DNA of 64,000 nt from assembly GCA_010909165.1 (NCBI GenBank), contig VJWM01000209.1, forward strand, positions 124,001 through 188,000, read 5' to 3'. This DNA is from Anthoceros angustus (Eukaryota > Plantae > Anthocerotophyta). This document shows positions 24,701 through 38,760 of this stretch, in pieces (the stretch's first letter is position 1; each line of letters starts with the position of its first letter). The notes under the pieces are model-generated. The model was not told the origin of the DNA and did no database searches. It saw only the letters and a program-made list of their open reading frames with translations. Both the position numbers and the translations under genes were made by a program.

Positions 24701-25403
24701 CTATCGATGAAGATTGCAACAAATGCTGAAATGATCGGCTTAAATGACACCAAGGAAGTGTGAAAGTAAAAGAACTAGGGATAATTATCTTTCTATCCAA
24801 AGTAATCTCAAGCAGTAAAAGATAGTTATAAGTACATCATTATATGCAGTATCATGCACTGCTATCGCAGTTCAGCCCAACCGCTGCCTCGTAGCTTACC
24901 GCCGCTTCCCTTATGTTTCTGCAGTCAAGACGTTCAATGTCTCAGCCTAATGGCCTGACTGCATCACGGCCCAACCGCTACCATCCGCCTCGCCGACTAA
25001 AGTAATTGAACAAACGCAAGCATCATTAGACAGAGTGCGATTACTTAATCCGCTATCCATGAAGAGTCAGAGCCGCATGCGATGCTAGTCAAACCGCTAT
25101 GGTCAAGATGAATCGATTTTCTGCGCGAACACCGAAAATGACTGGAAATGACACTCATGAAGTGAAAGCCAAAGAATTAGGATATGGCTCGATCCAAAGA
25201 AAGAGAAAAGATAGTTATAATGTGTGCTTACATGCGGCCTCTAAAATTGTCACGGACCTCTGCGCCTCCCTGCGATGCCGGCCAGCCCTCGGCCCGACCC
25301 GCCGCTCCCCTTACGCCAGAGCGGACTCGCGTCACGCACGGCCTAGAACGGTCTCGCCTAATGGTCTTCGGCCGTTCACGGGACGCCCTGCGTCTCCCTA
25401 ATA

Positions 25404-28400
25404 CTTGGAACGCTACCCGGACAAGGAGGCATCACTCCGCCTCCATGAAGAAGAAGCCGGTGCAAAGTGATATGGGCAGTGTCAATCGACGGCGAGGACC
25501 CGTCCTACACACTACCCAGCCCATCCCATCCCGGATTGGGTCAGCGAACAAGATGATGGGGTGTCAATGCCTGACATGCACGGTTCATGGAGTCCATCCC
25601 ATGCCCGGCGATGCTCTGCAGAGGCGGCGGTAGCCCTCTCTTCTACATTCAAGGGCTCTGCCCCAAATGACTGCAAACCCCGCCGCCTTTCTTACGCTGT
25701 GCAACGGACTTCCGTCAAGGCACGGCTCAGACATTTGCTCAGCCTAATGACGCTCGATCTGCACATTTGGCCAGCGATCCGCTTTTGCCACAGTCTGCCT
25801 CCTCACTTGAACGCGCTGGACAGAGGAGGCAGATTACCCGCACATCTCCATGAAGTTAGAAGAAGTCAGTGCAAAGGGATCCTCATGGGAGATCAAGGTT
25901 AATCGCACCTACTGGCGCAGGAACTGCCAACTGCCCCACACACTACTAGTTTTAATCCCATCCCGGACAATAACATAACAAGATGATCGGGGGTGCTGGT
26001 CAGCCGTATGCAGTACGGCTTCATGGAGTCCATCCCATGCCCGGCGATGCTCTGCAGAGGCGGCGGTAGCCCTCTCTTCTACATTCAAGGGCCGCACCAA
26101 CGGCAAACCCGTTTGTCGCAACTATTGCACTCCTCAATGCAGGACCGATTCAACATATCGGATAGCGGAATGTGACCATCTTCCACATTGTGAGCGATCC
26201 GCTTACATCCGAACACCCTCCCGCGGTCACGCGGCAAGGCGGGAAGATCTTGTGTCGATCAAAGGAAGGTGCGACTTCATGCATCAACGATCGCAGAATC
26301 TGGGTGGAACTGCGGTGATCTCAATGCGCGGGTGTGGCCGCAACAAGCCCCGGGTTGGCCGCCACATAGTGCCAATCCTTTATTACTTCCCATTGGTGGA
26401 GCGTCTCGTCGAATGTTTAGGTGCCCTACAGCGGCAGATATGTCTGGTTTGCGTAATTAGTCAAGACGGAAGCTCCGCATCGCGACACTCCGGCTTGGGC
26501 AGCAGCGCTGAAGATAATTTTGATGCAGGAGGCGGGAACATCGAGCTCGGGCATATGCACCGACGGCCCTTAACGGTCATCTCACGACGAAGTCGATTTG
26601 GCCCGTGTTGTTGGTTATCCACAACATGCCATCATGGACGGTAAATAAGAAGCAACGGCTATTATGTCTAAGGATTATTCTGTGCCCAAAACAAAAGCCG
26701 GCGGACGCTTATTTTGGCAAGCCCCTTGTAGAAGAATTAGGCGAGTGGATAGGTGTGCCATGCGAGGACTTCTCCAAACCAAGGTGTGATCCGGCCGGTT
26801 TTTCACCCCGCGGCTGGTCTATTGTTTGCCACATGTGATTATCCGGTATGGGAAACTTGCTTGGCTGTTCGGGGTCATGCCGCATGACCGTGGGGTTCAA
26901 TTACAAGCCCGATGGTCACAAATAATGGACAAGATGGTATACGCGGTGCTCGGAGATGGTGTCACGACGATCCCGTGCACATTGGCGAGATGCCTTCGAT
27001 AGCACCGTGGAGACCAGCCCCCCCGCACAATGGACGCTGTCGCAGATGGACCTGCTGCAACTGTGCACAAGAAAGGCGCAACACAAAGGCATGGGGGTCA
27101 CTCGCCTCACTCATCCTCCGAAGTTTACCATACCTCGTGCTACATAAGTTCGCTTAAGGATGTGATGCACGTGGAGGTGAACAATGCAAAGGCATTTTGG
27201 AGTGTATTTACGGAAAGAGTGACACCCTTGGGAGCCAGATGACATGGAGGATGCCAACTCCAAGCCATGGTTGTGGCCAATTTCGATGGTGATGAGACCC
27301 ACATCCCGACACCGACTATGTTATGTCGACATGTCAGGGATAGGTGCTATAAAGTAGGACTTCTCCAAACCAAGGTGTGATCTCGGTTGGTTTTTCACCC
27401 CGCGGCCGGTCTATTGCTTTGGCCACATGTGATTATCCGGCAGGGAAACTGGTTTGGCTTGGTGTGTCTGGGTCATGCCGCATGTATCAATCGTGTTCAC
27501 TACAAGCCCGATGGTCACACAACACTGATAAGATGCTATACGCTGGGTGCCTCCGGAGATGAAAGCTCAATTTCGACGCAGCAAATCCTCATTACAGCAC
27601 ATTACAGAGATGCCTTCGATAGCACTGTGGAGCACTGTGCCCCTCGTGCACCCTGCGACATGGACGCTGTTGTCGCAGAGATGGACCTCCTCGGGTTTAA
27701 CTAGTGCACAAGAAAGCATGCGCAACACAAAGGCATGGGGGTCATCACCTGCTCACTCATCCTCAAGTTTACCATACCTCGTGCGCGTTTACATAAGTTC
27801 TCGCTTAAGGATGTGATGCACGTGGAGGTGAATCACGCAGCGCATTTTGGAGGTATTTATCGGAAAGAGTGACACACCCTTTTGGGAGCCGGTAGTATGA
27901 CATGGAGGATGCCAACCCAAGCCATGGTTGTATGGCCAATTTCCCTTGCATGGTGATGAGACCCACATCCCAGACGCCGACTATGTTATGTCGCATTCTC
28001 GATTAATGAAGCTGTAAAAGACGAGATATCCGCTTTAAGCCCCCACAGTTTTGGTGCAAACATATAATCATATGCTTTGATGGCCCAAAAGGGGCAGACT
28101 GCCCTCGAAAAGCCATGAGGATTGGCACCTTTGATGCAATACTATCTTCCTATTATGCTGGGTGAGAGGCTAGAAGGCGGCCTTCATTTGGCTTTTCGTG
28201 ACGCCTGGCCGTGAGTGTACTGCTGATGTACCAAAGAGATCATAGGCGGTCCATGCTACCCGAGAAGAAGGCAAGAAGCTTATCGACATCGCGTGGAGTT
28301 GGAAAACACATGCCAACCACATTCCTCGAATTCGATGTAGCACTCATCATCCACCATTGGACCAGGTTTGAAACCTGCGGGCCGCCTCAAGCCACGATGG

Positions 28401-29270
28401 ATGTACCCCATGGAGCGCCACATGCTTCTGTCCTCAAAACCATAAAGGGTGCAACGTGTTCGTCCGAGGGGGTTACGATGCCAGTTGTGGCACATCTCTA
28501 TGGGAAGCTGGCGCACCGCCACGGAAACCCGTTCATGGTCAAGCTGCCAGCACATGGCCACTGCTATCTCAGAGGAGTACCAATGCGGCCCCATTCAACG
28601 AGGAGAGCACCATCCATAGGAACAACAATTGACCGGATCACCCACTTAACGGAAATGCTCACATTGGATCACCGCTGCTCCACCTCAAAACACCAAGGCG
28701 ACTGCAGAGCTTGACCATGCTCATGGGGGCTTGGAATGGATTTCAAGCCATCGGATGCGGTGGCCTTGCTACGGATGATGCATGGGCAGGAAGTCTGTAA
28801 CCGAGCCGACATCAATGGCACCAACCATTGGCTCCTCGCCTGCAAAGTCACATCCCATCGGCAACCCTCCGCACCGCCGTGGGCCACTATCATTTCCGAC
28901 AACTGCAGCCGATTCTCCTCCAAGCACAAAGAACTTTACAAGACAAAATTGGGGTGTATGGGTGTTTCGACATGGCAGGAGCCGCCTGTGACGCAGGAAG
29001 AGACCCCTAACATTCACCGTGATCTGGCCCAGCCTTGTAGTTGAGTGCGATGAGCATGCCACCACCAATAATCAGGCCGAATGTGCACCTGGTATGAGCA
29101 GCACTACCACAAAAGGAGTGCGTATTATGACGTAAAATTAAAGACAAGGATGTGACACGAAACTGCTTGTGTCTCTGCTTACGATGTGACCTACTCGCTT
29201 GAATTTGTGGTTTGTTCATAAGAATATCGTGTTCGATTTCGAATGACTTGCAAGTGTCTCAATGATGCGA
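25404..29270 (+). pseudogene. CACTA/En-Spm transposase (Tnp2/Transposase_21 + DUF4218 + DUF4216-like), element C2, with internal duplications
   Basis: QDRFNISDSGM; ILYYFPLVERL; WPVLLVIHNMPSW; KPLVEEL; CDYP; DVMHVEVN; KSH; CGP..RWMYPMERHM; RPEG. Confidence 0.88.
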
Positions 29271-29329
29271 ATTTTCCTGCTCGATGACCTCGCTGGGCGG
29301 ATTCCCGCCCCCGCCAACCACTCTCTCAC

Positions 29330-32022
29330 TTGTCGCAGGTCGCTACTGCTCCGCCCCTAAATCATACCGGGCAGTTCGTTCGAAGCAGTGTTCGCAACAT
29401 CCTCGCGGGTAGGGTTCCGTCGAAATGTAGCCGCACGTCCGGCTTTGGCCCGCACTCGCGACGGACGTGGGGACGCCGGGCCGTGGCACATGGGCATCCT
29501 ATCCGCACGGGAGGGGGTTTGCCACGCGGATGCCCATTGCGTCCCTTGGCGCAAAGACGCTGTTTGTCCTTCCATATTATGCTCGCCGCATTTGGATCGG
29601 CCCCATCGAGCAAGCAGCATTCAGCTGGGTGAGGCCCTCCTCGTGGTCGTTTATGTGCGTCACCTACCGAATTTGCTGTCGGGCAACCGCTGGCTGGCGC
29701 TTAATCGAATATCTATTTACATACCAGCAAGTGTCAGTGATCACTTTGGGAAACTGCAGACACACCATTATTTCGCTTTTGTTTAGGCAAAACAGGCATT
29801 ATCGACACATCGCTCCATCTTTTGAGCCAACAATGTCCTCAAATTGGTAGAATCCCATCGGAGTCACCACATGCACACATCCACAGCCACCCCACTTGAA
29901 CGTCGCCGCTCAAAAAGCTGATCATGATCTATGCTGATGCCACGCCCAAAACACCCTGAGTGACGCCTGTGACTTTCTTCTTCTTCGTGGCTCCTCATGC
30001 GCGGTGCGCTCCTTCGCTTCTCTGCTGGCGTACCAATGCCACGGCTTTCTGCAGGGGTCTGGGCCCATCCCCACTCCACTCCCAAGCTCCTCCAGCATCT
30101 CCGCAAACCGAGACGCTCGGGTGACTCTCCTGCTCTGGAGTTACGCGGAGCCTCGCTGCTTCCCCGCACAATGTCCACTCTCCGCGAAGATTTTGCGCTT
30201 GCAATCGGGTTGCATTGACATGGTCCTTGCACACCAAGCTGGGCCTCCTCCTTCTCCTCGGGTGTGTTTGCATCATGTAACACACCACGTAGAAAGCACT
30301 TAGAAGTTAGACCGTCAGGCGCACCAAGTTTTCTTCGAGCATGCTACCACAATCACTTCATCGGGAACAGGGTATTTACTTCACTCAGAGGTTCTTTCAC
30401 CTACTCCATTTCACTGCTGGTTAGCTTCCCCTTCTCGACAATAGTTGAAATGCCAGAAGCGCCATAGCCGCACGTTGCGTTTACGGGCCACATATGTAAC
30501 TACTCCCCGGTTTAGGAGTGGCTTACGTGACTCCCTCCCCATTGCATTAGCACAACCAAAGGAGTCCTCCTGACTCAGGTTTACGCGATGCACCTACCTC
30601 TGTGACGCTGCTTCGATGTCCTTCCTACGACAAATTTCGTCTCAGCCATTTTTCCAAAGTGGTCGATCGCACATGTAGAAGCCGAGTGTGGCAACAAGAA
30701 CATGACGATGCAATGTCTCACTGTGGCCGTTCCCTTGATCCGTAAGAGAGGGGGGAAAGGAGGTTCTTCACACTGCTCTTCTCGCTATGCCCAAAACACG
30801 TGCATGTCGTCCCATGCTCATGTTTGCTGCCCATTGGGATTCTCGCAACATCTTCGGCCGCTCACCGTGATGCCTCCTCGCATTTTCGGCCTAAGTCCAT
30901 TGCTCCGGCCCCTCGCCCAAATGGGTTTGTCCTAGCCGCCCCATGCTTCTCCAATCTGTTTTCCACTACCGCCATTTGTGACATCTTGGCTATTCCATTG
31001 CCCAACTCGCATCGCTGGACACCCCACTCATTTGCTCCTCCCACCACACCTCCCGGCGCATGGTAGCCTGGGGCCCGCAACCGGCCACACAGTGTGCCCT
31101 CTTCCCCGATGTTCGGCACCTGCCCTCTTCTTCACTGTGTGGTTGTAAGCACCCGCCTCGTGCCACCCGAGAACTTTGTTCTGATGACTCTCGATTGGTC
31201 ATGCACTCCTCCGCCACCACGTCCATAAGCTCGCATCAGCTACCGCATCATGCTTTGTCCAGCACTTCAAAAACACAAGTCTTGGCAAAGAACCAATTCC
31301 TGGATCCTCTTCTCCATGGACAATTTGTCCGCCCGATGACCCCTCCGTCACATGACAAGTAAGTCCGCCTTTGTCCGCCTCCACACAAGGCAATCATCTA
31401 GATCTTGTGATGCCCATGAGTCCCGATCAAACGCGCGATGACCTCTGGCAATTCCGCAAGAAGGTCCAACAACTGGCTCATACCGACGGGACACAAGTGT
31501 TCCCCACGGACCTTCGGCCGAGTCCTGCCCATCCTGCCGACTGTGAGCTTGTGTGTCGCCGCCTCTTTCCTCCTCGAAACTTCTTGCATGTCCGGGAGCA
31601 TGTCGCCCTCATTCTCGTGAGTGTGTGACATCTACCTGCCTTCCCCATCTCGCCCATGTTGCAAGCCCGTCACGTGCTTGCCGCCCCGCCATGTCTTCCC
31701 CAATCAAGCGACGAGATCGTTAGGAGTTGTTCCACTCTTGCCCGCCTGCAGATGCACGGGATGCTCCTCCCTAGATTTCACAACGCAGCGGTGGGTGCGG
31801 TCCGTAGCACGCTTGGGTTTGCTCGCCGTTAGCAAATTGGATCGCAGCGGTGATCTCAAAATGCACCAACCGAATTTGAACGAAGAGCTCGGATCAAGGT
31901 GCCGATCGTGCATTTCGCTGCGTCTTGTGTTCCGCCGGATGTCATGCTAACGCTTGAGTCTCCCCGCCTGCCCCGCTGCTTCGGTGATGGCCGTGTTCGC
32001 CATCGCCCAGCCGCGGCGAATA
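29330..32022 (-). pseudogene. 3' part of a long accessory gene downstream of the C1 transposase, with degenerate ankyrin-like repeats near 29400-29620
   Basis: Joins in frame with sequence right of 42380 after removing B2 (AQMALCI-IRRGWAM). LLDGADPNAA..NMEGQTA is ankyrin-like. Confidence 0.4.
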
Positions 32023-32649
32023 CAGTCCACGAAGTCGCGCTCTGCCCTGGGGCCTCGACGCCGATTTTTTTCGGGGCCAAAAGGGTAAAACGAAGAGAGA
32101 GAATTTTTCAATTGGTAAAATTTTTTGAATAATAAGGTGGAAATTGTAACAATAGAGTAGAAAGCATAGATCGATGGATGGAAACATTTTACCATCCAAG
32201 TCAAAACTAGAATAGGAGGGTAAAGAATGGATCAACCAAGTGAATATAGAGTAAAAAGACCCGATGAATGGAAACATTTTACCATCCAAATCAAAACTAG
32301 AACAAGGGTAAAGAATGATCACCAAGTGAATAGCAAGTGCCCGAAATACCATGGTAGATTGTAATCATGTGAGGCCTAGTAATTCCAACACAATCGCTAA
32401 CTGGCAAGAAACATCTTCATAATTACTCATTCATGGATCCGGGATATACAAAAACCAACAAAGAAATATCATCTTTGCAAAGTTTCGTATATCCGTAATT
32501 GCATGAATTCAAAATAACAGAAAAAGAGAGAAAATACCAGAATAGTTGATCCTCCTTATTCGAAATTACAAATCTACATATACAAAGTAAATTAGGCTTG
32601 TAACCAATTAGATGATTCGGAATAGAAAAGAAAAGTTCATTAGAAAAGA

Positions 32650-35600
32650 TTCCCACCTTATTTTGGAAAATTGAGTATACAATTGTAGAGATTGAAGACA
32701 TAGTTTCCAAGACCACTTGGTTTAACCGGGGCAACTTGTCCAACATTATCATAGTTTGCCGTGGTTGATGAACTGGGGCTTTGGAGAAATTCTTCATCTT
32801 CACGAAAGTTGAGAACCTAATCAAACATTACCGTCTTAGTCTACTAAAGTAAAATTAGCGATCAAAATCAAGGGAACAATTAAATCAACTATACTTTATA
32901 TGGTTTTCCATGGATGGAAGTGGGCGCTGGAGGACGTAACATTGTCAATAGTTTGCTTCACGCTTTCCCAATCGCAATCTTCGCATTTCGTGTCTTCTGC
33001 TGCTGTTTGAGTTTTTCCTGCTTGAAATAAATACTTGCCTCCTTTCGACATTTTTCTCCTTTGGATCTCCAAAGCTTTCTCTGCTTGAAACTCGGTTGTC
33101 TGACCTTGCGCCTCTTGTTCAATCAATGATTCTAAACTGCTTGCCGTGAAATTCCCTTTCTCGATTCTCCCTCGCTATTCTCCCTTTCTGCAATCTCAAG
33201 AAGACGCTCAAACCTCGCTTGAACCACCCTTCTCAACCCCATGCCGCTCTACCATATCCAAAGCTATAGGGGTGTCTCCACAATCCTTCCTGCACTTCCA
33301 AGTCTCACCACAATGACTTGGCACATGTGCCTCAATCGAGGAGGCATCACCTCCACCACACTCGTGGCACCATCAATGTTGAAATGAGGAACCAAATGCT
33401 CACAAACTAGTGGTGGGGCTAATACCGCCAAAACATAGAATCGACAAACACAATAAGAGAATGAAGGATGAAACTTAAACCACCTTTACACTTAACCTTT
33501 TCAACATGTCGATGTTGAATACACCGAAGTTGGTCCGGCTTGTCAATCAAGATCTTTAACACTACTACGGCACTTGACAGCTTCCAAAGCTTCACAATGC
33601 TGGAGCGCAAACAACAACAAACATTGTATGAAATATTGGGTGCAAACCAGAAGGAGAACCAAAATACAAGAAGATACTACCGTCAGTCGACAAAAGGGCC
33701 CCGCTTTCATGGTGGATAGCAAGGGTGGTCAGCTTGGCAAACACGCAACAAAAAGCAACAAAAAGTCAAATACCAAAGAAAAGAAGAAAAGAAACAAACC
33801 TTCGACACCAAAGCGACTCAAAATGCTTGTCAACCGAGGAGGCATCACCTCCACCACACTTAGGCACCATCAATGTTGAAGCGAGGACCAAATGCTCGTC
33901 AAACTAGTGGCGACACGGCATCTTTAGTGGTGGGGCTAATACTGCCGCAAACATAGAATCGACAAACACAATAAGAGAATGAAGGATAAAACTTAAACCA
34001 CCTTTACACTTAACCTTTTCAACATGTCGATGTTGAATACACCCGAGTTGGTCTGTTGTCAATCGAAGATCTTTAACACTACTTTCGCACTTGACAGCTT
34101 AAAAGCTTCACAATGCTGGACGCAAACAACAACAAACATTGCATGAAATATTGGGTGCAAACCAAGCAAGGAGGACAATAAATACAGCAAGATACTAACC
34201 GTCCGACAAAAGGGGCCCTGCTTTCATGGTGGATAGGGGTGGTAACAAATTGGCAACACCGGCAACAAAAAGCAACAAAAAGAATCAAATACCAATCGGA
34301 AAAGATTAAAAGAAACAAACCTTGAAACCAAAACGACTCATGGAATGCTTACGCTCACGAACTTGTAGGCAACATTGAGCACAAGCCTATGCACAACAAA
34401 TTCTTAACATCAGCATCCTTTACGTAAGTAGAATCATAATCTTCTCCGCGAAAATCACTCCCTTCATGGTAGAAAATACTTACATCTTCAGTGTTGGAAA
34501 AACTATATCCGGAGTCACATTGACAACAATGGCGGAAGCACACCGCAAGTCATCCCGCATCCGATGAGTTCTTCATTGAGCAACTCATTGTATGATCTTC
34601 TTTCACGGGAACTAGAACCGGCCGCATACTGCTTTGCTTGCCCGAGCCATACCAAAGTCCACATCTGTGAGAACACATCATGTCAATAGAAGGCATAAAC
34701 AAGTTCTGACGGCATCAACAAATAGATCCTACCTTGAAAATCCAGCATCGCTTTGTGGCTGACGCCTCGCCAAGATCTCGAGGGCACGAGCCATGGTCGG
34801 CCAGAATCAATCACGTTACGGCCTCTTGTTCGTGTAATACCCATCAAGACCAGCCGCCACGCCATTGTCTTCATATATTTTGAGAGCATTCCTTTGGATA
34901 CCCGGAGTTTTGCATACCAAGCCTACTCACGGAGAAAATTAAAGTTAGCACGTCCAATGGAACACAAACCTAGAACCCTTATCAAAAGATACTTACATTC
35001 GATCTTGGATTATCGATGGGAGAATTGAAAAGAAACCCTTGGATAGATATATTCTTGTCATTTGCAGTCCACTTTGGACAATGGTCAATGACGGCTTTAA
35101 ATGTTTGAATAACATCCACCTCATAGTTTTCACTTTTGGCGGAAGTGCTCACTCGGTAGTTGCGCATATCAACTTTGTAATTCTTGAATGGTTCCTCGTC
35201 TGCGAGGCAACACAAGGAGGGTATTACAACACAAACAAGGTATCATACAGAGTATTACCACACAACAAAGCATCAATCAAAACATGGACAAACGTACGTA
35301 CAAAACGCCTCCAATCAAGAGAATGAGAAGTCCACGACAGGTTGTGCCTCCCCGCCACGTACTCAAACGATTCATGCAAAATATGCACACCTATTCGAAA
35401 ACACTGAATCGTTAGAAGCAAACAACAAGAACACGTATTGCAAAATGCACACAAGAAGCTAGGAATCGAACAAACCTCGGGCGCCAAAAGAACATTGATG
35501 GTCACTGTGAATTGCCTCTCATCATCATCGATATCGCCACCACCTTTCTGACGATACTATACCAAGGTCTTTCTTGATTTTCATGGAAGCCAAGTGCGGC

Positions 35601-36620
35601 GACAACCATTGAACACGCGAAACATATTGATCACGGCACATCGACCAAGACGGCTTTGCTCCAACACACTTCCTTATCAAAATGCGATTGAACCCTCGAA
35701 GAAGGACATCAACTGCACCAATATCGAAATCGACATAAAATGAAAAGAAACACAACGGAATAACAGGGATGAAGACTTACGTTGAGAGAGAATCTTGAGT
35801 TGTCTTTTAAGTTCGAACTTGGTGGAAAAAGCAGTATCAATATAAGGTTCAAGTCCTTGTGAGGAATGTCCTCTATTGCACTATCAACCCCTCACACCAC
35901 TCACTTTCATGAAAGACTTAAGACCGCACCAATTATTTTGGCGTTTGGACTTGTCCTCACCACCACTCATTGCATCATTCACGGCTCCCTCAGGGAATCG
36001 AGGGGTCAAACCCTTAGGTCCCTAAAATGGGCCTCATCTTCAATTTCCATGCCCATAGCAAAATCATCCTCGTGGATCGGACCTCATTCTCTCAAACATA
36101 TCAATACACTCTGTCGGGGATAACTTCAGTCGGGGAGCTTCGGAATGGAAAACTCACGGTGAAAGGAATTCAGAGACTTATCTTGCTGCAGGGAGCCCTG
36201 ACCATTTCGAGATCAGGCATGCTTTCGCGGCCAAGGACCATGGAATCGTGTAATCGGATGGACATTCTCACCAACAAACTTAACCTCTCTCGAAAGGACA
36301 ATAGTTAGTAATCTCGACAAGGACCCTCCACCAAGGGCACAGGTGGGTGTCAACCCTTCTTCTTCCGAGCAAATTCAAGAAGACGGGCATCCTCCTTGGA
36401 TGAAAAGTGCCTTGGCGGTTTGGGAATGGACTTTTCGGCACCAAATATGTCCTCACTATGCACAAGGACATCACAACTTTACCATCATCCTGCGGAGGGT
36501 GGGTTGCGGTGAGCGATGGGTGTTTTAACACGTTGTCGAGTGTACGGCTTGGACATGACTTGGACAAAGGTGCTGCTTCTTGCCCGGTCCAGGCCGAGAG
36601 GGTTTTCTTTTAGGAGCCAT
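32650..36620 (-). CDS. Crypton/DUF3504-like tyrosine recombinase, diverged paralogue of 13407-17260
   Basis: MAPKRKP; THPPQDDGKV; IEDIPHKDL; VRGG; FKNYKVDMRNY; WYAKLP.SKGMLSKYMKTMA; GYYTNK(S)GR; HKSDAGFSR. Introns around the catalytic exon match B1. The catalytic Tyr codon reads TGT here (mutation or base error). Confidence 0.82.
33335..34340 (+). repeat. ~500-bp tandem duplication within the B2 YR gene 3' region
   Basis: gaggaggcatcacctccaccacac...gaaacaaacctt occurs twice. Confidence 0.88.
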
Positions 36621-37934
36621 CGCAACAGGAGAAGTCATCGAACAACGTTGAGATGTACAAACAACATAACAGATAACAAGCGAAAAGAAAGAACTCACAT
36701 GCGCCTTGAACCGTCGGATGAGAACTGGAAGGTCTAAAAGATTGATTATCGACGGTCTAGACAAGAGAGGATATGGCGGTGCCCCAAAACACAACTTGGG
36801 GCTAGACATTGTTAGAGTTGTTATTCCCTTCCACTTTAATTAAGGATGACACATAGAACTGCCTAAAAATACACCACATATGGGAAAAATAAAGTGAAAA
36901 CCCTTTTTCAAGTACAACAAGAGTTAGAACAAACAACCATAGATGTACAACATATACACCACACAAGTAAAACAATCAATCGCTCATTGGACAACACAGA
37001 CTCATCCATGCACACAACAACACATATTTCTAGATTAGAATGGAAAACATCCAAAGATGTTGGGAGGCAAACCCTCCGAGACGTTGCACACTTCAATACA
37101 CGCACATAAACACCGGTCTATGAGATTAAGCTCCAAGACATGCACACAATACAATGCCCAATCCAGATTCACTTTTCAATAGACACAAGTACGTATGAGC
37201 TGACAATAAAATCTAAACGGGTCTTCAACGACAAAGCTCGCAAAGAAAGGGTTATCGACACACCGCAAAAGTCAACTTAAAACGACACAACAAAACCGCA
37301 CAAACGAGAACAAAAAATCATGCGATAAGAACAAAATAACGCTACACAACGACAATCAACACTACACGAGACAAACAAAGTCATTACGAGCGAAAAGGAT
37401 CACATGACAGAAGACAAGAAATAAAGGATGGATGATAATGCAACGAAACCAAACGACAACAATACATAGGGGACACTCAACAAGCAAAATAAAGGATTGT
37501 AAAGAAGACAATAAAGATCACAAATGCATCGATGAAAAAATGAAAGCAACACTCAAGCTCTAAGTCTAAGAAAGTTACCGGTCGATAAAAGGAACCAGAG
37601 GGAGCATCGTATAAAACGGCAACCACCATTGACTGCTTCAACAACAAACACGATGTAAACAACAACAAAACAAAGAAAGAGGAACGGAGGCGATCGGCAA
37701 AGACAACGGATAGCAATTGAGCATCGAGACATCTTCTAGCAAAATAGACAAGCACGTACATTACAAAGAACAAGATCATCGATCGGGTAGACACACCGCG
37801 ATAAGGAAGACCAAAAGCGAATACAGCCAGAACATTGATGAAGACAAAACCGACAAAACAACAAGAGCGAAACAAATACAAGGAGGCGAGACACAACGAA
37901 GCGCAAATGGACGCGATTTCAAAAGGGAGCGATA

Positions 37935-38760
37935 GACCTTAACCTTTAAGCGACGAAACCTTGGCCTCGTCAAAACACTTGACCTTCGTGTCAAAACACG
38001 GCTGGACTTAGCAACAACCTCGGGCCTTAGAAGCAAAGACCTTGACCTTCGGCAAACCCGAAAACAACCTTAAACAGAAAGCAAAAAACGAACTTTGCCT
38101 TCAAGCAAACTTACAGAGACCTTGGCCTTCGAACGAACGGTAAAACCTTAGCCTTTGGAGAAGGCAAAGAACCTGGGCTTAAAATTGAACAAAGGCTTAG
38201 CTAGAACACATTGGCCTTGAAAGACACACAAAAGCTTAGCCTTCGAGAAAAAACAAACAACCTGGCCCGCAAACTAGAACTAGACGCCTTAAGCTGAGCA
38301 AAGCCTGATGCACCTTGGCCTACGAAGATAAAGATGCGTAAGGCCTTCCTTCAAACACAGACAATACCTTGGCTGCAAACTAATCCCGGACAGAGCTAAG
38401 TCATGGAGGAGAGACCGGACCACAGGCCTGGAAGAAGAAAAAGACCTTGGCCTTTGGAGAAGCCGCATATAGGCCACCAAACCCTAACCATTCTCCGCTG
38501 GGCGCCGTTTCTCTCTACCAAACCCGATTTGAATTAACCAACCTAACATTCCGAGAATCCAAACCTCACGAGGTTCGCTTCGCCGCCGCCGCCCTTTCAA
38601 CCAAACCTAGGTTCCGATTCCAAACCTAGCCTAACCGCACAAACCTAATCTCCGAGCCCCAAAAGTATGACGTAACCACACCGCCACGCACACCGTCGAA
38701 CCATCTAGAACCCAAGTTTTCGATTTAACAAAGATACACTTAGGGTTTCGCTCACTTAAC
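37935..38760. promoter_or_regulatory. CCTTGGCC array plus putative divergent promoter of B2
   Basis: More than 12 degenerate CCTTRGCCT units, then AAACCCTAA (38479-38487), gccgtttctctctacca, CAAACCTA repeats and a reverse telo-box TTAGGGTTT near 38740. Confidence 0.6.

Larger units (their letters stand above)
19545..25403 (+). mobile_element. Element A2: non-autonomous family member with different cargo
   Basis: Head 19545-19830, CCTTGGCC array 21395-21565, telo-box promoter 21600-21800, tail 25255-25403 ending CTCCCTAATA. Empty site cattat-tac-ttggaacgc is in frame (HYYLERYP). Confidence 0.8.

Noticed and set aside
313-25403. Similar lengths of A1 (5.94 kb) and A2 (5.86 kb) as a size constraint
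   Set aside because: A1 includes a 1.77-kb duplication that may be an artefact.
29102-29115. CACTACCACAAAAG, and TTTTGTAGTAGTG near 50180/52045/54070, as CACTA TIRs
   Set aside because: Both lie inside transposase coding sequence (QHYHKR; HHYYK), homology continues across them, and there is no matching 3-bp TSD.
37935-38460. CCTTGGCC array as a CRISPR-like array
   Set aside because: Units are short and degenerate, spacing is irregular, there are no cas genes, and the context is eukaryotic.
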